A stretch of 64,000 nucleotides of DNA from Candidatus Dormibacteria bacterium (lineage in GTDB: Bacteria; Chloroflexota; Dormibacteria; Aeolococcales; Bog-877), in NCBI GenBank assembly GCA_046703825.1, contig JBJKSO010000086.1:16142-80141 (forward strand), in the 5' to 3' direction. The position numbers and the translations under genes are program-made. The notes under the pieces were generated by a model. It did no database searches. It was not told the DNA's origin and saw only the letters and a program-made list of their open reading frames with translations. Below are positions 55,175-64,000 of the stretch, one piece after another (position 1 is the first letter of the stretch; each line of letters begins with the position of its first letter).

Positions 55175-56438
55175 ACTCACCTCCCTGATCCGGGCTGCCC
55201 TGGAGGAGGTGCCCGACCTCCAGGACGTGTATGTCGAGGCGGAGATCGGCGACTGCAGTCGCTCTGCCGCCGGACACTGGTACCTGACCCTGAAGGACGC
55301 CCGGCCCCAGCACGGGGAGCGCTTCTCCGTCCAGGCGGTGATGTTCCGCAGCCCGGCCCGCTCGCTCAGGTTCGAGCCCAGAAGCGGCCAGCAGGTGATC
55401 GCCCACGGAGCCGTCTCCCTCTACCCTTCGCGCGGCTCGCTGCAGCTCTACCTGGAGAGCCTGGAGCCGCGGGGCGTGGGCGCTCTGGCCCTGGCCTTCC
55501 AGCAGCTGGTCGCCAAGCTGGAGGCAGAAGGGCTCTTCCGGCCGGAGCGCAAGCGACCGCTGCCGTTCCTGCCCCGCCGGGTGGCGGTGGTGACGTCAAC
55601 ACAGGGCGCCGCCATCCGAGACGTGGTGCACGTGATCCAGCGCCGCTGTCCGATAACCCAGCTGCTGGTGGTCCCCGCGCTGGTCCAAGGCGACGCGGCA
55701 GTCGCCTCCCTCTCCAAGGCGATGCGGCTGGCCTCTCGCGCCGAAGTCGACCTGGTGCTGCTGGTCCGGGGGGGAGGCTCCATGGAGGACCTGCAGGCGT
55801 TCAACTCCGAGGCCCTGGTCCGGGAGGTGGTGGCCTGTCCCCACCCCGTGGTGACCGGGGTGGGCCACGAGACCGACACAACCGTGGTCGACTTCGTCGC
55901 CGACCGGCGGGCGGCGACCCCGTCGGCGGCGGCCGAGCAGTCAGTGCCCGAGCTGTCCCAGCTGCGCGTCGAGGTCTCGCAGCGCCTGGCATTGCTCCAG
56001 CGAGCGGCGGGAGGGCGCTTGGCCGCCCGCCGGGAGCTGCTGCTCGGCCGGGAGCGGAGACTGCAGCGGATGGCGCCCGCCGCTCGTCTGGCCACGGGGC
56101 GGCTGGATCTGGACCGACGCGCCCGCCAGCTGAACTCGCAGCTGCGGCGGCGGCTGGAGGCAGAGTCGGGCAGGGTCGATCAGCGCCGGCATCTGCTTTC
56201 AGCCGGTGGCCCCGGGCCGCGCCTGCTGCGCGCCCGCGAGGAGTTCCGGGGCCGGTTGCTGCGCCTGGAGGCGCTCAGCCCGCTGGCGGTGCTGGCCCGA
56301 GGCTATTCGATCACCTTTGCCGGAGGTCGCATCGTGCGCGAGGCCAGTGAGGTCGCCGCCGGCGAGGAGATAAGCACGCGCGTGGGTCGCGGACGCTTGC
56401 GCAGCCGTATCACCATGGTGGAGCCTGAGGAGACCTGA
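55152..56438 (+). CDS. xseA: exodeoxyribonuclease VII large subunit
   Basis: GHWYLTLKD, GAAIRD, RGGGSMEDL, GVGHETD, TPSAAAE, LARGYS. Confidence 0.96.
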   Translation: MRLLQVGELTSLIRAALEEVPDLQDVYVEAEIGDCSRSAAGHWYLTLKDARPQHGERFSVQAVMFRSPARSLRFEPRSGQQVIAHGAVSLYPSRGSLQLYLESLEPRGVGALALAFQQLVAKLEAEGLFRPERKRPLPFLPRRVAVVTSTQGAAIRDVVHVIQRRCPITQLLVVPALVQGDAAVASLSKAMRLASRAEVDLVLLVRGGGSMEDLQAFNSEALVREVVACPHPVVTGVGHETDTTVVDFVADRRAATPSAAAEQSVPELSQLRVEVSQRLALLQRAAGGRLAARRELLLGRERRLQRMAPAARLATGRLDLDRRARQLNSQLRRRLEAESGRVDQRRHLLSAGGPGPRLLRAREEFRGRLLRLEALSPLAVLARGYSITFAGGRIVREASEVAAGEEISTRVGRGRLRSRITMVEPEET

Positions 56439-56439
56439 C

Positions 56440-56721
56440 TTGCCTGAGTTGAAGGATCTGGAGCCGGACCTGCAAGAGGTCGAGCGGCTGGACTACGAGG
56501 CCGCGCTGGCCGAGCTGGACTCGGTCCTGGCCAAGCTGGAGGACGGCCAGGTGGCGCTCGAGGACTCGATGCGCCTCTACGAGCGCGGCGTCCGGCTGGT
56601 GCAGCGTTGCTCGGTGCTTCTAGACGGGGTGGAGCGACGGCTGGCGGAGCTGGCCGCCGGGCCTGAGGGCCAGGTGAATGAGCGCCCCCTGCTGCTGGGC
56701 CTGGAAGACGAGGCCGAATAG
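56440..56721 (+). CDS. xseB: exodeoxyribonuclease VII small subunit
   Basis: YEAALAEL...LE.G...LEDSMRLYERG. Confidence 0.93.
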   Translation: MPELKDLEPDLQEVERLDYEAALAELDSVLAKLEDGQVALEDSMRLYERGVRLVQRCSVLLDGVERRLAELAAGPEGQVNERPLLLGLEDEAE

Positions 56722-56739
56722 CGCGGCTGGGCGATCTCT

Positions 56740-57171
56740 TTGACCGCCTTCTTGCGCAGCGGCTACTTCTGGATTCCGATCGTGGCCTGGGCGATCGCCC
56801 AGGCGCTCAAGGTGGCCACCGACTCCTGGCGGCACCGCAGGTTCTCGCTGCGATCGCTGGGACTGTCGGGAGGCATGCCCAGCTCCCACACCGCGATGTG
56901 CGTCTGCCTGTGCACCGTGCTCGCGCGGGGACCCGGGCCGGGTTCACCAGTCTTCGCGGCGGGGGCGATCCTCACCATCGTGGTGGTGTACGACGCCACC
57001 GGTGTCCGCAGGGCGGCGGGACAGCAGGCGGTGATCCTGAACCAGGTCATGGAGGACCTCAGGGGACACCTGGGACTCCGCTACGAGCGGCTGCGCGAGC
57101 TGCTGGGACACACTCCGCTGGAGGTCTTGGCCGGGATGGCGCTGGGCATCCTGGTCGGGTTGCTGTTCTAG
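56740..57171 (+). CDS. divergent PAP2-family protein (DUF212)
   Basis: AQALK, GGMPSSH, YDA.GVRR..G.QA, GHTPLEV. Confidence 0.93.
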   Translation: MTAFLRSGYFWIPIVAWAIAQALKVATDSWRHRRFSLRSLGLSGGMPSSHTAMCVCLCTVLARGPGPGSPVFAAGAILTIVVVYDATGVRRAAGQQAVILNQVMEDLRGHLGLRYERLRELLGHTPLEVLAGMALGILVGLLF

Positions 57172-57240
57172 GTTGGGCCCACTTGGAAGGACCTAACATG
57201 CAGTGACCATGCCAGCCAGCTCCACTCAACCGGTCAGGGC

Positions 57241-58158
57241 ATGGCCTTGAAACGCCCGGAGGCCGGTTCTGTCGGCTTCGTCCTCCACTTTCGGGAATCG
57301 GGCAAGGACGGCATCCTGCGCGAGGCGATGGACGTCGTGGAGGGCAAAGGCCTCTCCGCCTGGGTGGCCCAGCACGACTCCGCCGACGTAGTGGCCTCCC
57401 ACGGCCGGGACACTAGGTTGCTGGTGGCGGTGGGCGGCGACGGCACCCTGCTGTACACGGCGAGCCTCGCCGCCGGCCGCCGGGTGCCGGTGCTGGGCGT
57501 CAACCGCGGCCAGCTCGGGTTTCTCACCAACGTCGAGTACCCCAAGATGGCCGAGGCGGTGGCCGACTTCTGCGCCGGCGATTACGTCATCGAGCGGCGG
57601 GCCACCCTGCGCGGTCTCGCCGCGGGCGACGCGCGGCCGCCCCAGGCTGTTCCGCTGGCGGTCAACGAGGTGGTGGTCAAGGCCGAGGGCGTCAATTTGA
57701 TCCGGATGAGGGTGGGCTACGGCCGGGAGCTGCTGGGCGATTTCGACGCCGACGGGCTGATCGTCTCCACCAGCAGCGGGGCCACCGCGTACTCGCTCTC
57801 GGCCGGGGGTCCGCCGGTGGACCCCCGGGTGCCGGCGCGGGTGATCACGGCGCTCAACCCGCACGCGCTGGTGGGCCGCTCGCTGATCGTTCCCGAGCAC
57901 GAGGACGTGGTGGTTGACCTGCGCCGGGGGGCCGCCATGCTGGCTGCGGACGGCAGGATGTGGGGGACGATGGAGGAGGGCGGCAGGCTGACCATCGCCG
58001 CCGGCCCGGAGCTGCTGCTGGTGGCACCGCGCGGGACCCCGGGGTTCTTCCAGAGGCTGCGGGCCAAGACCGGCTTCGGCACGGTTCTCAAGCTGCCCTA
58101 CGACGACGAGGGCGCTGACACCGGCTACTTCGGCTCCGGCGGCCGGCGCACGCTGTAG
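57241..58158 (+). CDS. nadK: NAD kinase
   Basis: GGDGT, GVN.GQLGFL, VNE, DGLIVSTSSGATAYSLSAGGP. Confidence 0.95.
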   Translation: MALKRPEAGSVGFVLHFRESGKDGILREAMDVVEGKGLSAWVAQHDSADVVASHGRDTRLLVAVGGDGTLLYTASLAAGRRVPVLGVNRGQLGFLTNVEYPKMAEAVADFCAGDYVIERRATLRGLAAGDARPPQAVPLAVNEVVVKAEGVNLIRMRVGYGRELLGDFDADGLIVSTSSGATAYSLSAGGPPVDPRVPARVITALNPHALVGRSLIVPEHEDVVVDLRRGAAMLAADGRMWGTMEEGGRLTIAAGPELLLVAPRGTPGFFQRLRAKTGFGTVLKLPYDDEGADTGYFGSGGRRTL

Positions 58159-58166
58159 GGGTAGGG

Positions 58167-59858
58167 GTGCTGCTCCAGCTACGAGTCCAGAACCTGGCGG
58201 TGATGGATCGGGCGGAGGCCGCTCTGGGGCCCGGGCTCAACGCGCTGACGGGAGAGACCGGGGCAGGCAAGTCGGTCCTCCTCACCGCGCTGGGCCTGTG
58301 CCTGGGCGGCCGTGCGGAAGGGGGGCTGGTGCGGCGGGGTGCGGAGCGAGCCGTGGTGTCGGCGGCCTTCTCGGGCGTGGGGGAGACGGCCGCAACCCTG
58401 CTTGACGGGCTGGGGGTGGCCGCCGATGAGGTGCTGGTGCTAGCCCGCGAGGTGCAGCCCTCGGGCCGGAGTCAGGCCCGGGTCAACGGCTCGGTGGTGC
58501 CGGTGACTTCGCTCCGCGATCTCGGTCAGGAGCTGGTCGCGTTCCATGGGCAGGGAACCGCCTGGGGTTGGCTCCAGGAACCCCGCCAGCGCTCCGCCCT
58601 CGACGCCTACGCTGGGCTGGGCGCGCTCCTGCGCGAGCTCGAGCTCGGCTTCGGCCGGCACCGCGAGCTCTCCCGGCGTCTCCGCCAGCGGCGCGAGTCG
58701 GGCGAGCGACTTCGGGCGGAGCTTGAGCAGGCCCGCCTGGATCTGGCCGAGCTGGAGGCGGCTGGGCTGTCGCCGGGTGAGCTGGAGCGGCTCCTCGAGG
58801 AGCGCTCCCGGCTGCAGCACTCGGCCCGACTCCGAATGGCGGCGGAGGAGTTGCGGGCGGCGGCGGGAGCCGAGCAGCTGGCCACGGCCTTACAGCGCGC
58901 GCGGGGGGTCGAGGGGTTGGATTCCCAGCTCGATCCCCTGCTGCGCGAGGCGGACGACATCCAGCTGGCACTGAGCGAGCTTCGGCTCAGCCTCGGCTCA
59001 TACCTGGAGGGGCTGCCTCAGGACGCCGAGCGCCTTACCCAGGTGGAGGAGCGGCTCGACCAGCTGGACCGGGTCGGCCGGCGCCATGGCGGCACCGTGG
59101 CGGCGGCGATCCGGCGTCGCGAGGAGGCGGCGCAGCTGCTGGCGGAGCACGCCCCCGGCCGAAGCGAGGAGGATACCCTGGCTGCGGAGCTCGCCACCCT
59201 CGAGGTTGACTGCTGCTCCCTGTGCGCCCAGCTCTCTGAGCGCCGGGCCCGAGCCGCGGCCGCCCTGGCCAGCTCGGTGACTGAGGAGCTGCGCCGACTG
59301 CTCATGCCGCGGGCGCGCTTCGCGGTCCGCCTCTGGCAGGAGGAGTCGCCGGATGGCCTTTTGGGACCGGCTGGCGCCCGGTTCGGCTGGCAGCCCTGGG
59401 GCTGGGATCGGATCTCCTTCGACTTTGCCGCCAACGCCGGGGACCCGTTGCGACCCTTGGCCGCCACCGCCTCCGGGGGTGAGCTGTCCCGGGTGGTGCT
59501 GGTGGTGGTCTCGGTCCTGTCCGCGGTGGACCCCTCCACTCTCGTGTTCGACGAGGTGGACGAGGGGCTAGGCGGAGAGGCGGCCAACCGCGTGGGCAAG
59601 CTGCTGCAGGAGCTGGGCAAGCGCCAGCAGGTACTGTGCGTGACCCACCTGGCGACCGTCGCCGCTCGCGCAAACACCCATCTGGTGGTGACCAAGCGGG
59701 AGTCCGCCGACCGCGCCACCACCCGGGTGCAAGTCGCCTCGGGTCCAGCGCGGGTGGCAGAGCTGGCGCGCCTGCTGGCCGGCGACGCAACCCCCGAGGC
59801 GGCTCAGAGCCACGCCCGCGAGTTGCTCCTCGCCGTCGGTGAAGGGGCCAATGGGTAG
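58167..59858 (+). CDS. recN: DNA repair protein RecN
   Basis: GETGAGKS, coiled coil, ASGGELSR, VFDEVD, CVTH. Confidence 0.95.
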   Translation: MLLQLRVQNLAVMDRAEAALGPGLNALTGETGAGKSVLLTALGLCLGGRAEGGLVRRGAERAVVSAAFSGVGETAATLLDGLGVAADEVLVLAREVQPSGRSQARVNGSVVPVTSLRDLGQELVAFHGQGTAWGWLQEPRQRSALDAYAGLGALLRELELGFGRHRELSRRLRQRRESGERLRAELEQARLDLAELEAAGLSPGELERLLEERSRLQHSARLRMAAEELRAAAGAEQLATALQRARGVEGLDSQLDPLLREADDIQLALSELRLSLGSYLEGLPQDAERLTQVEERLDQLDRVGRRHGGTVAAAIRRREEAAQLLAEHAPGRSEEDTLAAELATLEVDCCSLCAQLSERRARAAAALASSVTEELRRLLMPRARFAVRLWQEESPDGLLGPAGARFGWQPWGWDRISFDFAANAGDPLRPLAATASGGELSRVVLVVVSVLSAVDPSTLVFDEVDEGLGGEAANRVGKLLQELGKRQQVLCVTHLATVAARANTHLVVTKRESADRATTRVQVASGPARVAELARLLAGDATPEAAQSHARELLLAVGEGANG

Positions 59859-60552
59859 CGACCAGGCGGGGGAGGGGCTGCCGGAGCCCAGAGCGCTCTT
59901 GGCCGGGGCTCAGCGGGGAGAGCTGGACCTGGGAAGCGTGGAGCTGGCGCGCCTGAGCCGGGAGCTGAGGCGGTCGGTCGAGGAGGCGGCTGAAGGGGTA
60001 GACCTCTTGGCGGCCGCCGATGCCCTCCAAGCGCTGGCCCGGCTCTTGGAGATCAAGATGGGCCGCCACCTCGAGGGGGCCTCGGATGCTGCCCTGGACG
60101 CCGGACCGCCCGAGCCGACGGAGGAGGACCCCGGTGCCCGGCTCGAGGAGTACCGCCTCTACCGGGCCGCGGCCGACGTTTTGATCTCCGATCCCCAAGC
60201 GGGACCTCGGGCGTTCCTGCGGGTGCTGGGCCTGCCGGTCGAGCCCCAGCGATCCCTCACCGTGAGCCCGGAGGCCCTGGCCGAAGCGCTGGGCGCGCTG
60301 CTGGCCCGTCTGCCTGAGCCGGCCGAGCTGGCCGTGACCATGCCCAGATACTCGATGGAGGAGAAGATGCAGGAGCTCCGCGGGCTGCTGGCGGAGAGGT
60401 CCCGGCTCCATTTCGAAGCGCTCTTCGCCGCCTCCCGGGATCGCCTGGAGGCGGTGGTGCTCTTCCTGGCGCTGCTGGAACTCCTGCGCCTCGGGGAGCT
60501 GGACTGCGTCCAGGCCGGGGTCGGGGAGCCGATCCTGGTGCGGCGGGTCTAG
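59851..60552 (+). CDS. scpA: segregation/condensation protein A (kleisin)
   Basis: ARLLEIK, RLEEY, VVLFLALLEL C-terminal winged helix; adjacent to scpB. Confidence 0.85.
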   Translation: MGSDQAGEGLPEPRALLAGAQRGELDLGSVELARLSRELRRSVEEAAEGVDLLAAADALQALARLLEIKMGRHLEGASDAALDAGPPEPTEEDPGARLEEYRLYRAAADVLISDPQAGPRAFLRVLGLPVEPQRSLTVSPEALAEALGALLARLPEPAELAVTMPRYSMEEKMQELRGLLAERSRLHFEALFAASRDRLEAVVLFLALLELLRLGELDCVQAGVGEPILVRRV

Positions 60553-60559
60553 CGGCCAG

Positions 60560-61126
60560 GTGAACGAAGAAGTAGAGCCCTCGCTCGAGGCCGTCGCTGC
60601 CGCCCTGGTGGCAGTGCTGTTCGTGCGGGCAGAGCCGATCCCGCGGGACGAGCTGGTAGCGGCGCTGCACTTGGAGCCGCAGGAGGTGGACTCTGCCGCC
60701 TCCCGGGCCGCCGATCTGCTGCGCGGCACCGGGTTGCTGCTCCAGACCAACCGCGGTGAGCTCCAACTCGTCTCCCACCCGGACCAGGCTTGGGCGGTGG
60801 AACGGGCCCTGCGCCCCGAGGTGAGCGGCCGTCTCTCCCGCCCGGCCCTCGAGACTCTGGCGATCGTGGCCTACAAGCAGCCGGTCACCCGTGCGGCCAT
60901 CGAAGCGATCCGGGGCGTCAACTGCGAGGGAGTGCTGGACAGCCTGGAGCGTCACGGGCTGATAGCCGAGACCGGACGCGCCGAGACCCCGGGGCGGCCC
61001 CGTCTCTTCGCCACCACCATGCGCTTTCTTCAGGTAGTGGGGATCGGTTCTCTGGAGGAGCTTCCGCCCCTGGTGGCCCAGGACGCCTGGATGAACCGGG
61101 CCGCGCAGCTCAGCGGCGGTGCCTGA
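60560..61126 (+). CDS. scpB: segregation/condensation protein B
   Basis: LSRPALETLAIVAYKQPVTR..IEAIRGV, PGRP.LF.TT. Confidence 0.95.
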   Translation: MNEEVEPSLEAVAAALVAVLFVRAEPIPRDELVAALHLEPQEVDSAASRAADLLRGTGLLLQTNRGELQLVSHPDQAWAVERALRPEVSGRLSRPALETLAIVAYKQPVTRAAIEAIRGVNCEGVLDSLERHGLIAETGRAETPGRPRLFATTMRFLQVVGIGSLEELPPLVAQDAWMNRAAQLSGGA

Positions 61127-61847
61127 GCGTCTCGGGCGCTGGCTGGCCCGGCAAGGGCTGACCTCGCGCCGGGGCGCCGACCGCTTACTCGCCGAGGGCC
61201 GGGTGGCGGTCAACGGCAGCACCGCCCCGGCGGCGGGCTGTCTGATCGAGCCCGGGCGCGACTCGGTGGCCGTCGACGGCCAGGAGGTGAGGGCGCACCC
61301 GGGCCCCCACCGCTACCTGATGCTCAACAAGCCGACCGGCTACCTCTCCTCGGCAGCGTCCCAGGGCGGACTCCCCACGGTGATGGACCTGCTCGGCGAT
61401 CCCCAGGGGCTGCGCACAGTGGGTCGCCTGGACCTCGACTCCTCCGGACTCCTGCTGCTGACCGACGACGGCGACTTGGCCTACCGCCTAACGCACCCGC
61501 GCTACCAGGTGGTCAAGGTCTACCGGGTGACGGTGGGCGCCGGGCTCAACCCCGAGCAGGTGGCGGCGCTGGCGGCTGGTCCGGTGCTGAGCGACGGGCC
61601 CACGCATCCGCTGGCGGTGCGGGTGATCCGCCGCCGTCCCGAGCGCACCACTATGGAGGTGGAGCTGGCCGAGGGCCGGCAGCGTGAGGTTCGCAGGATG
61701 TGCGCTGCGGTGGGGGTGCGTGTGGTGGAGCTGGAGCGTGTCCGGCTGGGGCCGCTCCGCCTCGGGACCCTGCCTCCGGGCCGAGTGCGCGAGCTCGGCC
61801 AGGGCGAGCTACTAAGGCTGCGTCGCGAGGTCGGGCTGGCGACATGA
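61119..61847 (+). CDS. rluB: RluB/RsuA-family pseudouridine synthase
   Basis: S4 domain SRR.A, NKP.G, VGRLD..SSGLLLLTDDG, EGRQREVRRM. Confidence 0.92.
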   Translation: MPERLGRWLARQGLTSRRGADRLLAEGRVAVNGSTAPAAGCLIEPGRDSVAVDGQEVRAHPGPHRYLMLNKPTGYLSSAASQGGLPTVMDLLGDPQGLRTVGRLDLDSSGLLLLTDDGDLAYRLTHPRYQVVKVYRVTVGAGLNPEQVAALAAGPVLSDGPTHPLAVRVIRRRPERTTMEVELAEGRQREVRRMCAAVGVRVVELERVRLGPLRLGTLPPGRVRELGQGELLRLRREVGLAT

Positions 61848-62521
61848 GCCGGGCCTCATTGCTCACCATCGACGGCCCGGCCGGGGTCGGCAAGACCACG
61901 GTCGGGAGGCGGGTGGCGCGAGCCCTTCGGCTTCCGTTCATCGACACCGGGCTGGTCTACCGCGCTTTGACGGCGGCGGCGGCCGAGGCCGGGCTCGAAG
62001 GAGCCGACGAGGCGGGGCTGAGCCGGCTTGCCGGCCAGGTCAGGATCCAGCTCAATCCGGACCCCGACGACCACCCGGGCTGGTACGCGAGCGTCAACGG
62101 GCGCCCCTTGGGGCTCGAGCTCTGGGACCCGGGACGAGCCACGCTGCTGGCTGCGGTGGCATCCCAGCCGAATGTCCGCCGGCTGCTCCTGCCGGCCCAG
62201 GGGGCGCCCGCGGGCCGGGGAGCCGTCGCGGTCGGCAGGGACACCGGCACGGTGGTCTTTCCACAAGCGGCGTGCAAGGTCTACTTGGACGCCCGCCCTG
62301 AGATTCGGCTGGCGAGACGGGAAGGTGAACTGCGTAACCGCGGGCTCTCGGCGTCTGACCAGGTGATGAGAGACGAGGTCACGGTCCGCGACCGCACTGA
62401 CCTGGCCCGGATGGCGCGGGCGCCCGAGGCACTCGTCATCGACACCAGCGAGATGGGTGTCGACCGGGTAATCAAGGAGGTGCTCGACGCCTGGCGCCGC
62501 GCGATCGCGGCCGGCACCTGA
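61844..62521 (+). CDS. cmk: cytidylate kinase
   Basis: TIDGPAGVGKTT, DTGLVYR, GRDTGTVVFP; ATGA overlap with rluB. Confidence 0.93.
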   Translation: MSRASLLTIDGPAGVGKTTVGRRVARALRLPFIDTGLVYRALTAAAAEAGLEGADEAGLSRLAGQVRIQLNPDPDDHPGWYASVNGRPLGLELWDPGRATLLAAVASQPNVRRLLLPAQGAPAGRGAVAVGRDTGTVVFPQAACKVYLDARPEIRLARREGELRNRGLSASDQVMRDEVTVRDRTDLARMARAPEALVIDTSEMGVDRVIKEVLDAWRRAIAAGT

Positions 62522-62555
62522 GGCCACTCGGAGTCAGCCAACTATGGTTGCAGGC

Positions 62556-64000
62556 ATGCTGGCGAGTGAGGTTGACGGACTGAGGGTCGCCTTCGATCTC
62601 GAGACCACCGGTCTCAGCTCTCGTACCGATCGCATCATCGAGGTAGGCGCGGTCAAGTTCGACGCCGGGGGCGACGTGATCGACCGCTACGCCACCCTGG
62701 CCGATCCGGGGGTGCCGGTGCCACTGGTGGTGCAGCGCCTCTGCGGGCTGCACGACTCCGACCTGCAGGGGGCGCCCGCGCCGGAGGAGGTGGTGGCGCA
62801 GCTGGCGGACTTCTGCCGGGACTGCTTGCTGGTCGGGCACGGCATCTCATTCGACCTCGCCTTTTGCGCCGAGATCCTTCCCGACCAGTTCCTCCGCCGC
62901 CGGGCGGTCGACACCGCCGAGCTGGCGCGCACCGTGCTCCCGGTGGCCCCCAGCCACAGTCTCGAGGAGCTCGCTCGGATGTTGGACATCGGCCACGATC
63001 GCCCGCATCGCGCGTTCTCGGATGCCGACGCCACGCGGCTGCTTCTGACCACCCTGCTGGAGCAGGCTCAGCAGCTGCCCGCAGCGCTGCGTCGGCGGAT
63101 CCGCCAGCTGTGCGCCGGAAGCGGCTGGGTCACCGGCGAGTTTTTGGCTGCCGAACTCTCGAAGGTAGGCGAGCCGGCCGCGGCCGCCACCAGGCAAGGC
63201 GGGCCAGCGCCGGCGGCCGTGCCGCCCGCGCTTCCGCAGGAGCCGGTCGCTCGGTCCCGGCGGCTCGACGCCGTCTGGGTGGGGGAGCAATTCGGCCCGG
63301 GGGGCGCTTTGGCTGCCGTCAACCATGATTTCGAGCTCCGCGAGGAGCAGCAGCAGATGGCGGTCGCGGTGGCCCAGGCCTTCAACCGCGACGAGACCCT
63401 GCTGGTGGAGGCGGGCACCGGGGTGGGGAAGTCGCTGGCCTACCTGCTGCCCGCGCGGGAGTGGGCGGCCCGCACCGGGGAGCGGGTGGTCGTCTCCACT
63501 CACACCATCACCCTCCAGGAGCAGTTGCTCGGTTCGGACCTGCGCGCGCTGGAGGCGGCGCGCCCGCTTCCGGTGCGGGCGGCGGTGCTGAAGGGCCGAG
63601 GCAACTACCTGAGCCTCCGCCGGCTGGAGCGCTGGCTGGCCAGCTCCGCTCCAGGGCGCCGGGGTGCGGTCGACGAGGTGCGTTTCCAGGTGAGAGCCCT
63701 GATCTGGGCCCACCAGACCGAGCACGGGGACCGCGCCGAGTTGCGCCTGGCGGGCCGGGATGCCGAGCTCTGGGACCGGGTCGCCTCCACGGTCGACGAC
63801 TGCCTGGGCCCGGCTTGTCAGAACTGGCAGGCGGCGCGGTGCTTCATGGTCCGAGCTCGCCTCGCGGCCCGCGAGGCGGATGTGCTCGTGGTCAACCACG
63901 CGCTCCTGCTGACCGATGCCGACAGCGGCGGTGCGGTGCTCCCCGAGTTCCGGCGCCTGGTCGTGGACGAGGCGCATCACTTGGAGGAGGCGGCCACCCG
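62556..64000 (+). CDS. dinG: DnaQ-like exonuclease-DinG helicase fusion, runs off the right edge
   Basis: Not in the ORF track; hand translation gives FDLETTG, GH..SFD, HRAFSDA (DEDDh), then EAGTGVGKS, KGRGNYL, VVNHALL, DEAHH. Confidence 0.93.
   Translation, partial: MLASEVDGLRVAFDLETTGLSSRTDRIIEVGAVKFDAGGDVIDRYATLADPGVPVPLVVQRLCGLHDSDLQGAPAPEEVVAQLADFCRDCLLVGHGISFDLAFCAEILPDQFLRRRAVDTAELARTVLPVAPSHSLEELARMLDIGHDRPHRAFSDADATRLLLTTLLEQAQQLPAALRRRIRQLCAGSGWVTGEFLAAELSKVGEPAAAATRQGGPAPAAVPPALPQEPVARSRRLDAVWVGEQFGPGGALAAVNHDFELREEQQQMAVAVAQAFNRDETLLVEAGTGVGKSLAYLLPAREWAARTGERVVVSTHTITLQEQLLGSDLRALEAARPLPVRAAVLKGRGNYLSLRRLERWLASSAPGRRGAVDEVRFQVRALIWAHQTEHGDRAELRLAGRDAELWDRVASTVDDCLGPACQNWQAARCFMVRARLAAREADVLVVNHALLLTDADSGGAVLPEFRRLVVDEAHHLEEAAT

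Noticed and set aside
53762-59858. efp-to-recN cluster lacking ispA, dxs, tlyA and argR
   Set aside because: Ordinary synteny variation; these genes may lie elsewhere in the genome.
1-64000. CRISPR arrays, rRNA genes, IS elements, tandem repeat arrays
   Set aside because: None seen on reading; no regularly spaced direct repeats or transposase-like ORFs.

Overview
Mostly core-genome DNA from a high-GC monoderm (Terrabacteria) bacterium. Firmicutes-like gene order plus Chloroflexota/CPR-like proteins suggests Ca. Dormibacterota or a Chloroflexota relative (inference only). Core blocks: rsmE; rpsU-ybeY-pth-mfd-mazG-divIC; tRNA-fMet and tRNA-Met; htrA; ftsH-DUF2520-panB-panC; rpsA; clpC-PIN/TRAM-ispDF-cysS-rlmB-tRNA-Thr; rel-hisS-aspS-6S RNA-rsbW-sigB; alaS; efp-asp23-nusB-xseAB-DUF212-nadK-recN-scpAB-rluB-cmk-dinG. 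Two accessory islets sit behind tRNAs: a partly decayed arsenic locus (arsR, acr3, a CoA-disulfide reductase-like gene, internally deleted arsI and marR) and a heme-copper oxidase cluster with altered proton-channel residues, two cupredoxins and no cytochrome c. The best candidate for an undescribed system lies between alaS and ruvX-mltG-prepilin peptidase: an FtsA-like actin ATPase with no adjacent ftsZ, paired with a single-pass membrane protein carrying a baseplate-J-like extracellular domain. Translation-level oddities include a CTG-initiated rpsU, other near-cognate starts, many leaderless genes, a G1·A72 initiator tRNA right behind its promoter, and an EF-P with a KLGRG loop. All calls are by-eye motif recognition; no searches were run.
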